A stretch of DNA of 60,637 nt, the filler included, from Diploschistes diacapsis (lineage: Eukaryota), in the NCBI GenBank assembly GCA_023645945.1. It is 6 parts of 6 records of this genome, joined end to end, with 100 filler letters (N's around TTAATTAATTAA, not from the genome) between each part and the next. Parts side by side here need not be neighbours in the genome. Positions count along the whole stretch, not along the records: positions 19,096 to 47,929 come from JALAIB010000142.1; positions 48,030 to 54,286 come from JALAIB010001420.1; 4 more parts are not named here. One strand, given 5' to 3'. The translations under genes were made by a program, and so were the position numbers. Numbering within the stretch: position 1 is the stretch's first letter; every line of letters starts with the position of its first letter. The notes beneath the pieces were generated by a model. That model was not told where the DNA came from, did not search any database, and saw only the letters and a program-made list of their open reading frames with translations. Positions 38,540 to 52,578 of this stretch are shown one piece after another.

Positions 38540-41500
38540 ATGGCGGAGCTATCCTCAGCTGGTAACTGTGACTTCTTCTCCTGCAAAAATACAACTACTG
38601 ACGTAGTGTATCCCAAAGACAAAAATGTCAATTCTCAGCCAGAAAAAAGCGGTTCGGAGGGAGATGCGGTGACATTGAACAAGACAGCAGAGGACGAGTC
38701 GGACAAAGTAGCAGCACCACAAGAGCGTACGCTATCCTCGTGTCTCCAAGAGTCTCTGCTAATTCAGAGACAAGCTGTCTTCCAAATCACAGTCCAGTTA
38801 CCGCACGAGCCGTTTCAGATCCCAATTTTCGTACGCTCAACCGCTGGCCCGACAGAATTACCAATTAATGACTTGCTAGGTCTCGACACAAGAACAAGTT
38901 CAGGACCTTCGCCAGTCCATCATCGAATCTCCCGGGACGTTCCAGTACACCTGCTTCCATCTCGAGCACAACGGAGAGAAAATCAACGATTACGTCGAGC
39001 TATCAGAAGTTAAAGAGCTGAAGCCGGACTCGGAAATAAAATTACTGGAGGATCCCTATACCGAGAAAGAAGCACGAGCACACGCAATCCGCATTCGGGA
39101 TCTTATTGGAGCAGCAGCAGACAGGGTGGATACGATCCATGGCGTCTGTGCTGGCATGTCATTGTATGACTCGGTGGGTGCTTTGACTAGTTCTGCGAAA
39201 TCAACACCAAATGGAGCACACAACGCCGGCTCGACGTCCGAGAGCCCTGTAGCCGGTTATGACTTTGATGCACCAGCTTCCATCCAGGCCATTTTACCTC
39301 CTCGTCTTCCGCAGGCACCACCGAAGACCATCAAGTCCCTGAGCGTTTCTCCATGGAATCCGCCTCCTCACCATCTCCGACAGAAGGGCCATCTGCTCTA
39401 CCTACAGATCACGACCAACGAGGGAGAACACTTTCAGATTACCTCGCATGTCTCCCGCTTCTTTGTTAACAAATCAACAACCACAAAGTTTGACCCATTC
39501 CCGAGGACGACACCCAAGCCTGCCTCAGCTCACTCCCTCCTATCGCTCATCGAGAAGCTCTCCCCTTCCTTTGCCTCAAACTTTCGCTCCCTGCAAGAGT
39601 TCAACAGTAGCAGAGATGCATTGATGAACATTCCGGTTACCCACGCCATTCCATCAAACCCCTGGCTGGTAGGAGCATCCGAATCCACCCTTGCCGCTCA
39701 CCAGCCGGACTTGGCGCGAACGCAGGAGGCATACCTAATTACCGGTCTCGAAAATGCGGAAACGCTGCGGGACTGGAACGAAGATTTTCAAGTTGCGAAG
39801 GAGTTGCCGAAGGAAAATGTCCAGGATAGGGTGTTTAGGGAGCGGTATACCACGAAGCTGTTTGCAGACTATACCGAAGCTGCTGTACGAGGGGCTGTCA
39901 TCGTTGCAAGAGGAGAGGTTGCCCCAATGAATCCCACCGAAGGCCTGGACGCCCAGATCTTTGTTTACAACAACATCTTCTACAGCTTCGGTGCCGATGG
40001 TGCCGACATCTTCACCTCCGAAGGCGGCGACGAGGCGGCTCGTGTAGCGGTTGGAAAGGACGTTGCGGGAGTAAGGTTGGTCAACCAATTAGATATCGAT
40101 GGCTTGCACACGCCAGGTACGGTCATCGTCGACTATCTCGGCAAGCGCATTGTCTGCCAGAGTATCGTACCGGGCATCTTCAAACCCCGCGAGAACGGCG
40201 AGTCACAGGTGGATTATGGAGGAGTCGAGGGACGGGACACGATAGCCGACAACGAAGTTTTCGTGCCTGCATTTGCTCAGCTGTCCAAGCACCTCCACGT
40301 CAAAAAGCACCATGTATGGGACAAGCAAGGGAAGAAGCACACCCTCGAGGGAAGTCTCGAAACGAAGGGTCTGCTGGGAACCGATGCCAGAAAATATATC
40401 CTCGACATGTACCGTCTGACGCCTCTTGATGTCCAGTGGTTGGAAGACCACTGGACGGACGCCTCTGATGGTCAACAGAAACCCAAGGCATCGAACTATC
40501 CACACAGGATGGCTGTGTTGAGGCCAGAACTGGTTGAGATGTATTGGCGGGTCAAGCTTTCGGAGTATGTTCGAGAGGAGGAGGTGGGAAAAAAAGGATC
40601 TGTTCAGAAAGAGGAAAGCCCCGCCAAACCGGAAAACCTCACCGAAGGAGGCGGAGTGGAAACAACATCCAAGGACAGCAAAGACGGCGTGCCCTCGGAA
40701 GCTTCTGACAAGCGGGAGCGCGTCGATATTTCAAACTTCTCCCTATCGTTTAATACTGACGTGTTTAACGGCCAGACCCCTCAGACGGAGGAAGAGAAGC
40801 AGCAATGGACGCAAGACGAGGAGCAGGTTCGGAATCTCTGTGGATATCTGCGGGAGAAGGTTGTTCCCGAAATGATTAAAGAGCTGCAGGAGGGAGAAGT
40901 GGGATTCCCCATGGATGGTCACTCTCTGGCTAGGCTTATGCATAAGAGAGGTATCAATATAAGGTACTTGGGAGAGCTTGCCAAGCTTACGAGCTCTCAA
41001 ACATCTCGCCTAGATGCCCTGAGCGCGTTGGCCGTCCAAGAGATGATTGCAAGGGCATTCAAGCACATTGCCCACAAGTACCTGAAGGGTACTCCAGCAC
41101 CTTTGGCGACCTCGTGTTTGGCTCACCTTCTCAACTGTCTGCTAGGAACCGGATTCAACGATGCGCCAAAGGCCGTCGTCGACAAGGACCTGCAGTCTCT
41201 GTACACGGAAGTCGATTTGACTTTCGCGAAGGTTACGCCACTAAGCCTCTCGCAAGAGATAGAGGACCAAGTTCATCTGAGGTTCAGATACGAGCTTGGT
41301 GAGAGTTGGGCATCGGGTTTCAAGCATTTGCAGCTCTTGCGGGAGCTCTGCCTGAAGCTGGGTATTCAGTTGACTGCCAAGGAATATCGCTTTAACCACG
41401 ATCCTACCCAATCCATCCCTTCGTCGCTCGTGAATGGAACAACGCACCACAATACCAATGGCCATACCAATGGCCATACCCATGGGAAAAAGAAGAAAAG

Positions 41501-42617
41501 GTTAGGGGATGACGACCAAGCGCATCAGTCTTCCGACTCTTTAGCTTCTCATTCTGCTCAAACGTTCGAACCCGATGACATTGTGAACATCTTCCCAGTG
41601 GTTAAAGACTCCTGTCCGAGAAGTGCTTTGGCCGATGAGGCTTTGGAAGCGGGTCGATCTTCGATCGCCCAAGACCAGAAAGAAATCGGACAAGAGCTCT
41701 TGATCGAATCGCTTTCCTTACACGAACAGATATATGGCATACTTCATCCGGAGGTCGCCAGAGTCTACCATCAGCTAGCAACGATCTATTACCAACTGGA
41801 GGAAAAAAGTGCTGCTGTGGATCTTGCAAGGAAAGCTGTGATTGTCTCGGAGCGAACGCTCGGTGTGGATTGCAACGAGACAATCCTATCGTACTTGAAT
41901 CTCGGCATCTTTGAGCACGGTATGGGTAACTCGGTCGTAGCTCTCGCGCATATCAGACATGCACTCGATCTGTGGAAATTGATCTATGGCCTGAGACATC
42001 CGGACTCCATCACGACGATCAACAACGCGGCGGTCATGCTACAGAATCTCAAACTGTTCCACGACTCTCGCGTGTGGTTCGAAAAGTGTTTAGAGATATG
42101 CGAAGAAGTCTCTGGAAAGAATTCGGTGAACTCGGCAACACTATGCTTCCAGCTTGCGCAAGCCCTCGCGCTCGACTCGGATGCAAAGGCAGCAGTAGTC
42201 CGAATGCGCGAAGCTTACAGCATTTTTCTGTCCCAGCTCGGGCCCGAGGACCGCAACACCAAGGAGTCGGAGAGCTGGCTAGAGCAGTTGACGCAAAACG
42301 CCGTGTCAATCGCAAAGCACGCGAGGGACGTGCAAGCGCATCGGCTGCGACGGATTCAGCTGACCCCACGGATCTCAATGCGCACCCGTCCTCAACCTCA
42401 AGTTGGGCAACCATCGCCGGCAGACGTGGGAGCTGGCGTGCGACGTGAACGCGCAGCCTCGGCAGCCATGGACTCGAGGAGTGTGGACGAGCTCCTCAAG
42501 TTTATTGAGGGAGGCGGTGACTCGCCAAAGAGGAGGGGTCCTGCGAAGAAGAATCCAAAGCGAAGGGGAGGAGGGGGAGGAGGAAGAAGTGGGAGGACCA
42601 ACACTGTTGCGGCTTGA
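38540..42617 (+). CDS. CLU1: Clustered mitochondria protein (Clu1/Tif31) with CLU and TPR domains, 3 short 5' introns
   Basis: SVSPWNPPP, LRDWNEDFQ, IFVYNNIFYS, VDYLGKRIVCQSIVPGIF, KGLLGTDARKYILD, MHKRGINIRYLG, TPR region HEQIYGILHPEVAR. Confidence 0.96.
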
Positions 42618-43015
42618 AGAACCCGTTTGCTGAAAATTCGACTTGTTGTTTTTCTTTTTCCATAAATCGAGCCCTTGAAGACATTTTGGAAACAAGGTGG
42701 CAATGTTTCGAGTGAATTTTATTACCAAAACCGCATTGTACTTTTACCTTCAGACCCTGCATGGCCACGGCCTGTACAGACATGTTGCGGATATTATAGC
42801 ATCTCTTCTCTTTTTCGCATTTCGGCATTGGCAAGAAGCATTGATCATATCTGGCGGACCTTCTTGATTGGAAGCGTTTTGATGAGAAATGTATTACTGG
42901 AGTCCTAGTACTTGCGGATATCGAAGACCTTATCGACTACTATTTTGCGTCCACGAATCAACCACCTGGAGCTGCCCCGTGTTTGTGGTATCATTGCGAC
43001 TGTCGGCCTTGCATA

Positions 43016-43060
43016 CTGCCGCTGCTACTGCTGCTGCCACTGCTGCTGCTGCTGCTGCTG
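43016..43060. repeat. Imperfect (CTG)n microsatellite
   Basis: Directly visible. Confidence 0.85.
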
Positions 43061-44117
43061 TATGGAGAGCTTGTCTTGTATGCTCGCCATTTTACGACAA
43101 TGCTCTTTGGTTATTCGACGCCGAGGATTTCAATGGAGACCTGTAGGAAGTGGGCGGGATTTGGAATATTCAACTCTTCTCTAAAGCTGGACCAGATAGC
43201 TTTAGATATAACTTGCTCTGTCCCATTATCTAACTCGTACAGTATACATGTGTTTTATAGAAAGTCCATGGGGCCATGGCCTGGCCCATCCTCTATCCTT
43301 GTGCATGCTTGGAAAGAAAGGCGTCCGGACAATCTGATGACGCTTCTTTCAACGGCCAGCTTACTATCGTGGTGCTTTCGATTTTAATGTTTCCCAACTC
43401 GATGATGATCGTTTCTTTGTAAAAGCATCAGTTTCAACGCCACATTGTCCTTGTCCGCACCGGATTCGAATAGTGGCAAAGACTCGGCATGGGGGGGCTT
43501 TCGATTGATAACTCATTATTTTACTTGGTATAGCCAGCCGGCCCACACTCAACTGCATCCCCTGCATGAGCTTCGTAGGCACTGCAGGTGTTTGTTTGTA
43601 TTCTGTAAAAAGCAATCGTCATCATCATGATAACAAGACGAAAGTTTTGAGAGCGACTTGACCTTTTCTGCCACGGTACGGGAGTATTCTACCTGTGAGC
43701 TTTTGCTTGACCAGTCTCCATTGCCTGTGCTGAACCATTAGGTTTCCTTCTTGACTTCGACTGTTTGGGCGCTTCATGTCTGTTCTGTGCAAAAAGTACA
43801 GGCTTTGTGGGATTGCTAGTGTGATTATTAATATTATGTATGACATGACCCACACACAGCTCGCTCAAGCTTGTCTTCCTCGTATCCTGACTGTTTGACT
43901 GTTCAACCTGCATTCCAACCCCTCTTCATCGTAGCAGAAAGGTTGATTGAGTTGTTGGGGCTGTCATCGAATCTCGGCTCACCGTTCATTCATCCATCGT
44001 TCGTTCTTATGTGACTACGGGCACAATTGCAACTTGAACCCCTCCCTTACCGTCGGACTAGATACTCATCACAACTTCCCCGCCGATATCGCTGGCTGAG
44101 ACAGCCAAGCCTGTCAT

Positions 44118-47100
44118 ATGGAAGAGGAGCAGACATCCCCCCAATCCGAAAACGGCGACAAACCCAATTTCCAGTGGTTGGGTACGGGCCACGAGCCAGC
44201 AGGCGATCCAGCATCGCCTTCGGCCGACGAGGACGACCGTTTGTCACCACACGGGAACAAGCGCCCTGCGCCAGCACAGAAGCGACGAAGGGTGACTCGA
44301 GCTTGCGATGAGTGTCGCCGTAAGAAGATCAAGTGCGACGGCAAGCAGCCGTGCACGCACTGTACCGTCTACAGTTATGGTTAGTAGCTTCGTGGGGACA
44401 TTCCTCGCCCCTCATGCAGAGACCGTTCGGGGGTTGCCAGAGCTGATCTCCGAGCAGAATGTACCTACGACCAACCATCGAATCGAAGACGCAACCCGAC
44501 ACCCCAGTACATTGAAGCGCTCGAGTTCAAGTTGAAGCGTGCGGAAGCGATCCTCAAAAACCTTCTCCCTAACGTAGACCTCAATGACCCCAATATCGCA
44601 ACCGCTCTGCTCCAGAGCGCGCCCCAGCTCAAACCCCCGAGCAATGCAATACCGCCGGCACCGGCTCAAGCCAAAAGTGGCGGCGAAGGGGAAGGAGACT
44701 CGCTGCTCGAGTCCATGGTGCAAGATACTGGGTCGCTTGACCTGGACGACCAAGGACGCTGGGACTTTCACGGACACTCCTCCGGCATGGTTTTCTTACA
44801 GCGGCTGCGCCAGCAGTTTGGCGACATGCTGGGCCAAGCGGAAAGTATCAACACGATGATGGCGAAGCCCCGCCATTACCTGGGCCAAATTTATGCCATC
44901 GATTCGCCCAAGTCTGCCTCAGACTCCCCGTGCGATCACTGGTCGAGTGTGCACATAGACCTGCCACCCAAGGACGAGGGCATGTACCTGTGCGAGCTAA
45001 CCATGAGCAATGCGTGCTCGTTGATGCGGTTCATGCACAAGCCTACCCTGTTCAAGCACTTTCACAGGATCTATGACACGCCCGACTCCCAATGGGGGAA
45101 CGAAGAGCACCGATACCTTCCGCTTCTGTTCGCCTTGATGGCCGTGGGAACGATGTTTGCGAATTCGAACGATAGCAAATTCCAACAGGAGGGCTACGCA
45201 GGTAGCATAGACAACGGGTAAGTTTGTGCCCCCCCTGCCGTGGTGAATTTGCCCTGTCTGTTTGAACTCTGGGCGCTAGAGAAAATTTCACTTTGGAAAC
45301 TGTCTGTTGGACGGCATACAACTGCGGAACTTCTTCTTCCAAGATCTATTGTTTGTCTCACTTGCTAGGCTTGCGGATGCTAACGCTCACGGCCAGGCTG
45401 AAGTGGTTCAAGGCTGCCCGGTCGTTGATGGATATTACGGACTGTCGCGACCTGCCATCCCTACAGGCCATAATATGTATGATCATGTTCCTGCAATCGA
45501 CGGCCAAGCTGTCGACGTGTTGGTGCTACGTGGGTATAGCATTGCATTCTGCGATCCGTATGGGCCTTCACCGGTCCATCACTGCGAGCTTCAACCCCGT
45601 GGAGTTGGAATCTCGAAAGCGTCTCTTCTGGCAGATACGCAAGATGGATGTGTATGTGGGCGCAATGATTGGCCTTCCCACAATGCTGAGCGACAATGAT
45701 ATAGACCAGGAACTGCCCTTAAGTATCGATGACGAATTCATCACGATCGATAAGATTCTGCCAGCTCCCTCGGGCCATATCCATTTGATGGCGGGTTCCA
45801 ACGCACAGGCAACGCTAATGGCCGTTCTCCGTAAAGTTATCAAATACGTATATCCCATCAAGGGCGTACAGTATATGCAGGATAAATCACGATCATACGT
45901 CGTCGCTCATGCAAAGATCAGGGAGATTGAGCGCGACCTGCAACATTGGATGGAGGATTTACCAATGTTCCTTCGGCCTGGTGGAGAGGTATCGCCAGAA
46001 CTTGCGAGGTACGCCCCCACCCACTTCACGATAGACATGATGATGGAGGTTTAATGCAAATTTGACTCCTTCAAATATTTTTTCTCCGTACAAGAGTACT
46101 GAAATTCTACAGAGTCCAGCAGCTTCTTCGCATGGCATATGCTTACGTTCAGATGTTTCTCTACCGACCGTTCCTCCATTATGTATCCAAGTCTAGCCAC
46201 CGCCCAAACACCAATAGGCGGTCGTATGCATGCGCCGCGGCCTGCGTGAGTGTCTCTCGAAACGTAATTCACATTACACAAGAAATGAGCAAGAGGGGAC
46301 TGTTGATTGGCTCTTTTTGGTTCGTCATGTACACGACCTTCCTGGCCATCATGGCGCTCGTGTTCTTCGCCTTGGAGAATCCAGAGAGCAGATCTTCGGA
46401 AGAGATAATACAGGATGCAATTACCGGCAAGGAGATTCTGGCAGGACTGGCAAAGAACAGCATGGCCGCCGATCGATGCACGCAGACTCTCCAAGTAAGT
46501 ATCGATCATTTGTCTTGTGAACTTGGCTTACGCCGGCCAAAGCAACTGTTCGACAAGCTACCTGACCGGCTGAAGGGCGGTCGCACTCGACCCCTTGCGA
46601 CATCGTCCCACAAAAAGCGGCAAGCCGTCTCGCCAGCGCCGACGACGAGCACGAGCACGAGCGGTCCAAGCGTTATTAAAGATACCCAGAGGGACGAGTC
46701 CGGGCCGCAGCGAGCTTCGTCTTTTCCCGTCAAAACCGGCCAAGATATTTCCTACGACCAACCCCAGTACGCACTCACCCTCAACTTCAACGAACCCTAC
46801 CCCCAACCCGCGACCGGAAACAACATGGGTATCGGGCCAGACAATTTGGCGCAAGCCTCGACCAACGGATCACTTGCCTTCACCCACGCAGGCCTGCAAC
46901 CGTCACACATGCCCCAAGCCACAACCTACGGCCTGCCCGACCTATCCGCCATGATGTTCCCCACCGGCGATCCCTTTGCCTACCCAAACCAACCTATGAC
47001 CACGCTGGAAGACCATAACTTTGTCAACACCCCCGACAGCTGCGGTCAGGGCGGTGCGCCGCCCGGATCCACATACTCCGCGCACTCGCCCTCACGCACG

Positions 47101-47403
47101 AGCTCGATCTTCTCTGTCCATCAGCAAACCTGCAACCCAGACGGCGGGGCCGGCAGCAGCAGCAGCAGCATGAACGACGTTACCGGCTCGAACGGTGGCT
47201 TCGACCCAAGCGTCGAGGCGCATATTTTCGATCCTCTTCAGCCGTACCTGAGCGGCGCCGAGTACCAGCAAGGAATGGCAGACTTGATAGCCGGACTCGG
47301 CCCCATCGACGGTGGTGCTGGGGAGGGCGATGGAAAGAGCGGGGCGGAGTTTCGGAATTGGTGGAGTGCGAATCCATCCGCGGCGGCGAATTGGGGGCTT
47401 TGA
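44118..47403 (+). CDS. ASG1: Zn(II)2Cys6 transcription factor with fungal-specific TF domain, Asg1-like, 4 introns
   Basis: [57 protein letters not shown]. Orthology to ASG1 is from recall of the zinc-cluster sequence, and the start codon is uncertain. Confidence 0.88.
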
Positions 47404-47929
47404 AGGTGGAGGGGAGACCGCTGATTGGACGGGGTGGAAACAAGCATGGTGGGCAGAAGGCTGGCTGGTTTTGCTTGCACATTGCCGGGATAATGGAGTG
47501 GCATTGTTGTTTTTTTAGCGTGGTGTTACTGGGCTGATTTACGCATCCAATTGCTCTTGGAGAGACACCACGGGCTTTATCCTTGGGAAGCGGGAGGTCG
47601 TCCTTGCCCACCTATGGTTCCATCATCCGGCTCGTCTCGCTTCTGCGTCGAGGACGCGAGAAGAGCGAGGAGGGGTGGAGAGCGCGGTGCGTCGCTCGTG
47701 CCATGTATGTACAGACAATCGCCATCGCGCCATCGTTGCTCAAGGGAGGGAATAGAGAGGCAGGGAGGCCGTTTAGTAACGTACTTCCAATAGAGAGAAA
47801 CTGCGCGCCACCACGCTTAAGTTAGGGTATATGTAGACAGGGGGGCGCCAACTTCGAGTTGAGAACTAAAGGAACAACAAAAACAAGAAAACAAGAAACG
47901 AAAACGCCCCGTACTTGTTAATCTCGCCC

Positions 47930-48029
47930 NNNNNNNNNNNNNNNNNNNNNNNNNNNNNNNNNNNNNNNNNNNNTTAATTAATTAANNNNNNNNNNNNNNN
48001 NNNNNNNNNNNNNNNNNNNNNNNNNNNNN
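47930..48029. other. Artificial contig linker
   Basis: Same N44-TTAATTAATTAA-N44 block. Confidence 0.99.
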
Positions 48030-48731
48030 GTCGAGGGGGTTTGCGGAGGAGGAGCAGGAGGCATTGTTGGAGAATTGGGAGAGAACAGAACTAATTATAT
48101 ATTGAGGTTACTGGAACAATGGATCTGGGAAGAATGTCGTGATGCTTCGGGGGGGCTGACTAAGTTACCCTCAGCCTCTGTCCGGTGCCAGTGGGGTGGG
48201 GGACTAGCTACTCTAATACTAGTAGCGGCGGCCGGCCCGACGGGGCGGGGACCTAACGGGTACTAGCATTGTCAAGATATATTTGTTGGCGGAATAGGTA
48301 CCCAGGGAAAGGCCAGCCCAGAATGACCGCCTTATGCCTTGGATAGAACAAACCCTGTGGTTGCCTAACACTTTGCCTACACGCTGCAAGTTATTGACTG
48401 CCATACACACTTCTTGAACGTTCAAAATGTTGACAAACGCAAGGGATATATTGATATGTCCACGAAAGGAAGAGTCCTTTGATCTACTTCGTTTGTTACC
48501 CTATATGAGCACTAAATATCTCAGGCTCTGTTTCCCTGCCGATATTCTTGTATCACAAATTTCACCAAATACCAGAACCAGAGCTAGTTGCACTTTCAGA
48601 GCAGAGTGCGAAAAGTCATCTGTCTGGCGTTTGTGCCATCCTCGGTTGAAACCTGAACATATCCTTGAGAGTTGTTGAGTATCTTCCCTGAAGCTACCGC
48701 AAGTCTCCGTCCACCAACGGTCGCCTGCATC

Positions 48732-51700
48732 ATGCCTAGGAAGGATTTCAAGAACGACCTCGAGCAAGCCTCAGTGGGGATCCTTCCTGCGAACTTGTTT
48801 GCGCTGAAGGAAGGAGAAGACGATGGCACCTTTACATTTGTCTTCAAATCCCCAAAGATCGATTGTGGGGTTACTTTCCAAGCCCACATCTCAGACGTTG
48901 GGGACTACCCCAAGGCGCATAGTTTTTTCATCTTTGCTATTTCAGAATATGTCTCTGAGAGAATCGGCGATGCTATTGCCGATATTGGAAGCATAGAAGG
49001 GTTGACGATTGAGAACCTGATCAAGTTCCTAGCGAACAAGCTTAATAGCAGTCTGGCAACCTCCAACACCAGAGATAACGAAGATCTTGAAATGCTTGAC
49101 GATGAAGGTTGGGACAAGCTGGAGGAACCTCCAGAAGGGGACGACGAATCTGAAGATGGATTCCCTTACGACGATGACGACCCTCTCAACGCCTTCGACT
49201 CTGCGCCGAATGAATATAGAAAAACTTCCGCAACAACTGAATCTCTGCCAGCTAGCGATCTCTCCGAGGCGGAACTGAAAGCTTTCCAAAGCAGGGTGCG
49301 CGCAGACCTGCGAGAAGTGACAAACGCTGGTTTCCGGTTCGCATCTCAAGGCTTCCTCCTGCATCCAAGACAGAGCTGCTATGTCATGGTTTCTTGCCGA
49401 GTGGCCAAACTTGGAATCCCGGAAGATGCTATGAAGGCTTGGTATCTGGACCGTGAAGAGTACATCATGCTTCTTATCCACTACCCCCATGGCTACAAGA
49501 CACTTGAGCAGATCACCTTTGGGTCGAAGGTTAAGATGCATGTTGGAGTTACGAAGAAACACAAGGTAAGTCTCCACGCGGCCATCGAAACCTTTACGCA
49601 GGTCGAGCATGAAAGAAACAGTCCAAACGAGTCTCAAACTCAGGATACTTCCGGCATGTCCATTCGACCCCTCTTCATAGGTGCCGCGCTGAACGACCTA
49701 CTCAATAGCCGTTTGGTGGCTTTAATCTGCTATCGCCAGGACAGGCACCTTTCGTGGACAGGGGCAGAGGCTCTTTACAACGACAGTCAAGGTCGAGGTG
49801 TTAATGCGCACCTTAGTGATAGCAGATTCCAATACGAGGCGGACTTCGTGGCTAAGCAGCATCTCACTCGCCTCGCCACTTCGGACCACCTGGAAGACAG
49901 AACGACAACTTTTTCTTTTCCCTTGGTAGCAGCGCAGTTCGCGCTGCACCGCCTCGTCTATTGTACCGACTTCTGTTTGGTATGTTGGTGCAAAACCGGT
50001 GACGACTTCGATGCTCTGAAGCCATACGTCTGCTCCAAACCCTTGTGTCTCTTTCAATACATCAATCTTGGCTTCGGTCCAAGTATCGAGTTCGAGATTC
50101 TGACTCAGCCGTATGTTGTGGACCTACTGATCAGCTTCTGCTACGTCAGTGCTTCCGCTCGAAGCTTGAAGGAATTCCCTGCTGGCCTGGGAATAAATGT
50201 ACCTCATCCAAATCATTTCCGGGATTCAGCTCCTACTCCAGGCCCAAATCCGATGTACGCGGCACGCTTTCCGAGAAGATATGGTGATATGATCCCACAG
50301 TCGATTGCGGACTCGGGTCCAGCAAGCGTGAGTGTGAAGGCCATCTGGGACAAGGAGAAGAAAGAGTTCACTTTGTCTGACACAAGGACAACGCTGCCGA
50401 GGGCAGGAGAATGGGTCTGCTTTTGGGAAAAGCGCTCTGTGAAGCATCACTGCAGGATTACGGAGACATTCTACCCAAGTGTGCGCCATGGGCCTGTCAT
50501 TACGGAAGAAGAGGAGAATTCGGCTCAGAACGAACAACAAACGACCCAACAGTATGGCTACTCATCCCAAGTTGCATCGAGCCGCGTTTCAAATGCGCTA
50601 CCACAATCCCCGCTATCAAACGCGAATTCACCTTCCAAGAGCGATCACTCCATCGAAGTAAGGATCGTATCCTACAGCAACCACTTCGATGATCTGAGCA
50701 ATGACAACAAGCAAGCATCTTTAGTAGGGCTTCTGAATAGCTTGCCAAGCGTTTTCGAGATGCGCGATTACTTGCAGAAGAAGAGGAAGCAAGGCACGCT
50801 GCAGAACTGGACGGAAAAAATCACACCCTCGGCATTGAGTGTCCTCCGATGGATCATCGCTTCGAATCGATCGTGCATCGTTCAGCCAGAGAATCTGACG
50901 GATACGGAGAAGCCCGCCGAAGAGCAGGTCTATGGCATGAACGAGTATCTGCAATTCCGTTTTGCCTCTGGTGCTCCCGATAAGGAGTCACGATTCGTGA
51001 AGAACGTGCGCGATACTACCGCACGGTTGTGGCTCCAACATCCTACCTTGTTTGCGTGGCATGGCAGTCCACTGTGCAACTGGCATAGTATTGTAAGGGA
51101 GGGGCTGAACTATGATCGCATCAGTCATGGTCGCGCATTTGGGAACGGTGTTTATCATTCGCTGTATTCTAGTACCAGCCTAGGATACTCTCAATTCGGA
51201 TACGACAGCAAGAGCTGGCCCTCGAGCAGTCTCAAAATCACTAATGCAGTGTCACTGAATGAAATTGTTAACGCGCCAGCCGAATATGTCAGCAGAAGTC
51301 CCCATTTGGTCGTCGGTCAGGTCGACTGGATCCAGACTCGATATTTATTCGTCAAGGCGTCGCTAAAAGCTCCCGGTGCAGTAGCAAGGCCATTACAGGT
51401 TCTGGATCAGGATCCAAGCATGACACCTGTGGGGCCTACCAATGAACCTTTGGTTATTCCGATAGCTGCAATCAGCAGATCCAGGCGTCCGGGTGCCAAA
51501 GCTGTCGCTTCTGGTGTAGATGGCAACAAACGATCGAAAGTAAGCACATTGGGCAAAGTCTACGGCAATGATGAGGACGACGTTTGTGCTTTGTCGAGTG
51601 ACACGTCGGATGACGAGGATCGAGAACTTCTGTTCCCTGCCAATGTTGCACCCCTGACGGATCATTCAAACCGCAGCTTAGAAGAGAAGCGAGCCATGGC

Positions 51701-52578
51701 CAGAAGAGTAGTCCCAAAAAGAGTGCCACAGGAATCCACAGCACTTTTTGTGCCAGGCACGCTAGATCGATCCAGCCTTCCGCTACTCGCACCTCCGACT
51801 TACGCGACCACCCAAGCGACTAAGGCGTTGCAGCGCGAGATCAAAAACCTTCTGAAAACGCAGAATACGGTTCCGGCGGAAGAACTGGGATGGTACTTTG
51901 ACCCCGAGCTTGTGGAAAATCCCTATCAACTGATAGTCGAGCTGCACTCCTTTGACTCGAAGCTCCCACTTGCCCAGGATATGCAAGCGCAAAAAGTCAA
52001 CTCCGTCATCCTCGAGCTTCGCTTCGGCCAGGGTTTTCCGTTCTCTCCTCCATTTATCCGCGTCATTCGACCTCGTTTCTTGCCATTCATGTCCGGTGGG
52101 GGAGGCCACGTCACTGCCGGTGGCGCCATCTGCATGGAGTTGTTGACCAACTCAGGCTGGAACCCATCGACCGTTCTCGATGCCATCCTCCTGCAGGTGC
52201 GCATGGCAATCACGAGCACAGAACCACGACCCGCTAGGCTAGAAAAGGGCGGCGTGCAGGGCGACTACGGCGTAGGCGAAGCCGCTGAGGCGTACAAGAG
52301 GGCGTGCATCACTCACGGGGTGAGTTCCATCTTATCCTCTTCTCCAGATCTATTCGAAGTAGTATTGATGCTAATCTATCTTATAGTGGCAAATCTCCGC
52401 AGACTTCCAGTCCATGTCCACCATGGGCCACATAGATCCCATGCTCGGCAGGGTTGCAAATCGACTCCTTGCGCCGGCCACGCCCAGCAACTCAGGGACT
52501 ACCAATTTTCCAACCCTGCCGATGCCACTGAATCTTCTGCCCAAGGGCAGTTCGATGGATAAGCACCTGGGGTTGTAG
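48732..52578 (+). CDS. PARP catalytic domain fused to a UBE2Q-like ubiquitin-conjugating (E2) domain
   Basis: Starts MPRKDF at 48732. Cys-rich FCLVC...KPYVCSKPLCLFQY segment. ART motifs FAWHGS..NWHSI.REGL and HGRAFGNGVY. E2 motifs FPFSPPFIRVIRPRF and GGHVTAGGAICMELLTNSGW. One intron (52320-52386) restores HG|WQI; stop TAG at 52576-52578. Confidence 0.92.

Noticed and set aside
14260..46542. Six stop-free introns with length divisible by 3 (VAC8 45 and 48 nt, FRS1 54, CLU1 57 and 48, ASG1 48)
   Set aside because: About this many are expected by chance among roughly 43 short introns. They matter only because the ORF track reads through them.
52320..52562. C-terminal extension of the 1296-aa ORF (VSSILSSSPDLF...)
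   Set aside because: It reads through intron 52320-52386; splicing restores the conserved HGW and ends the protein at 52578.
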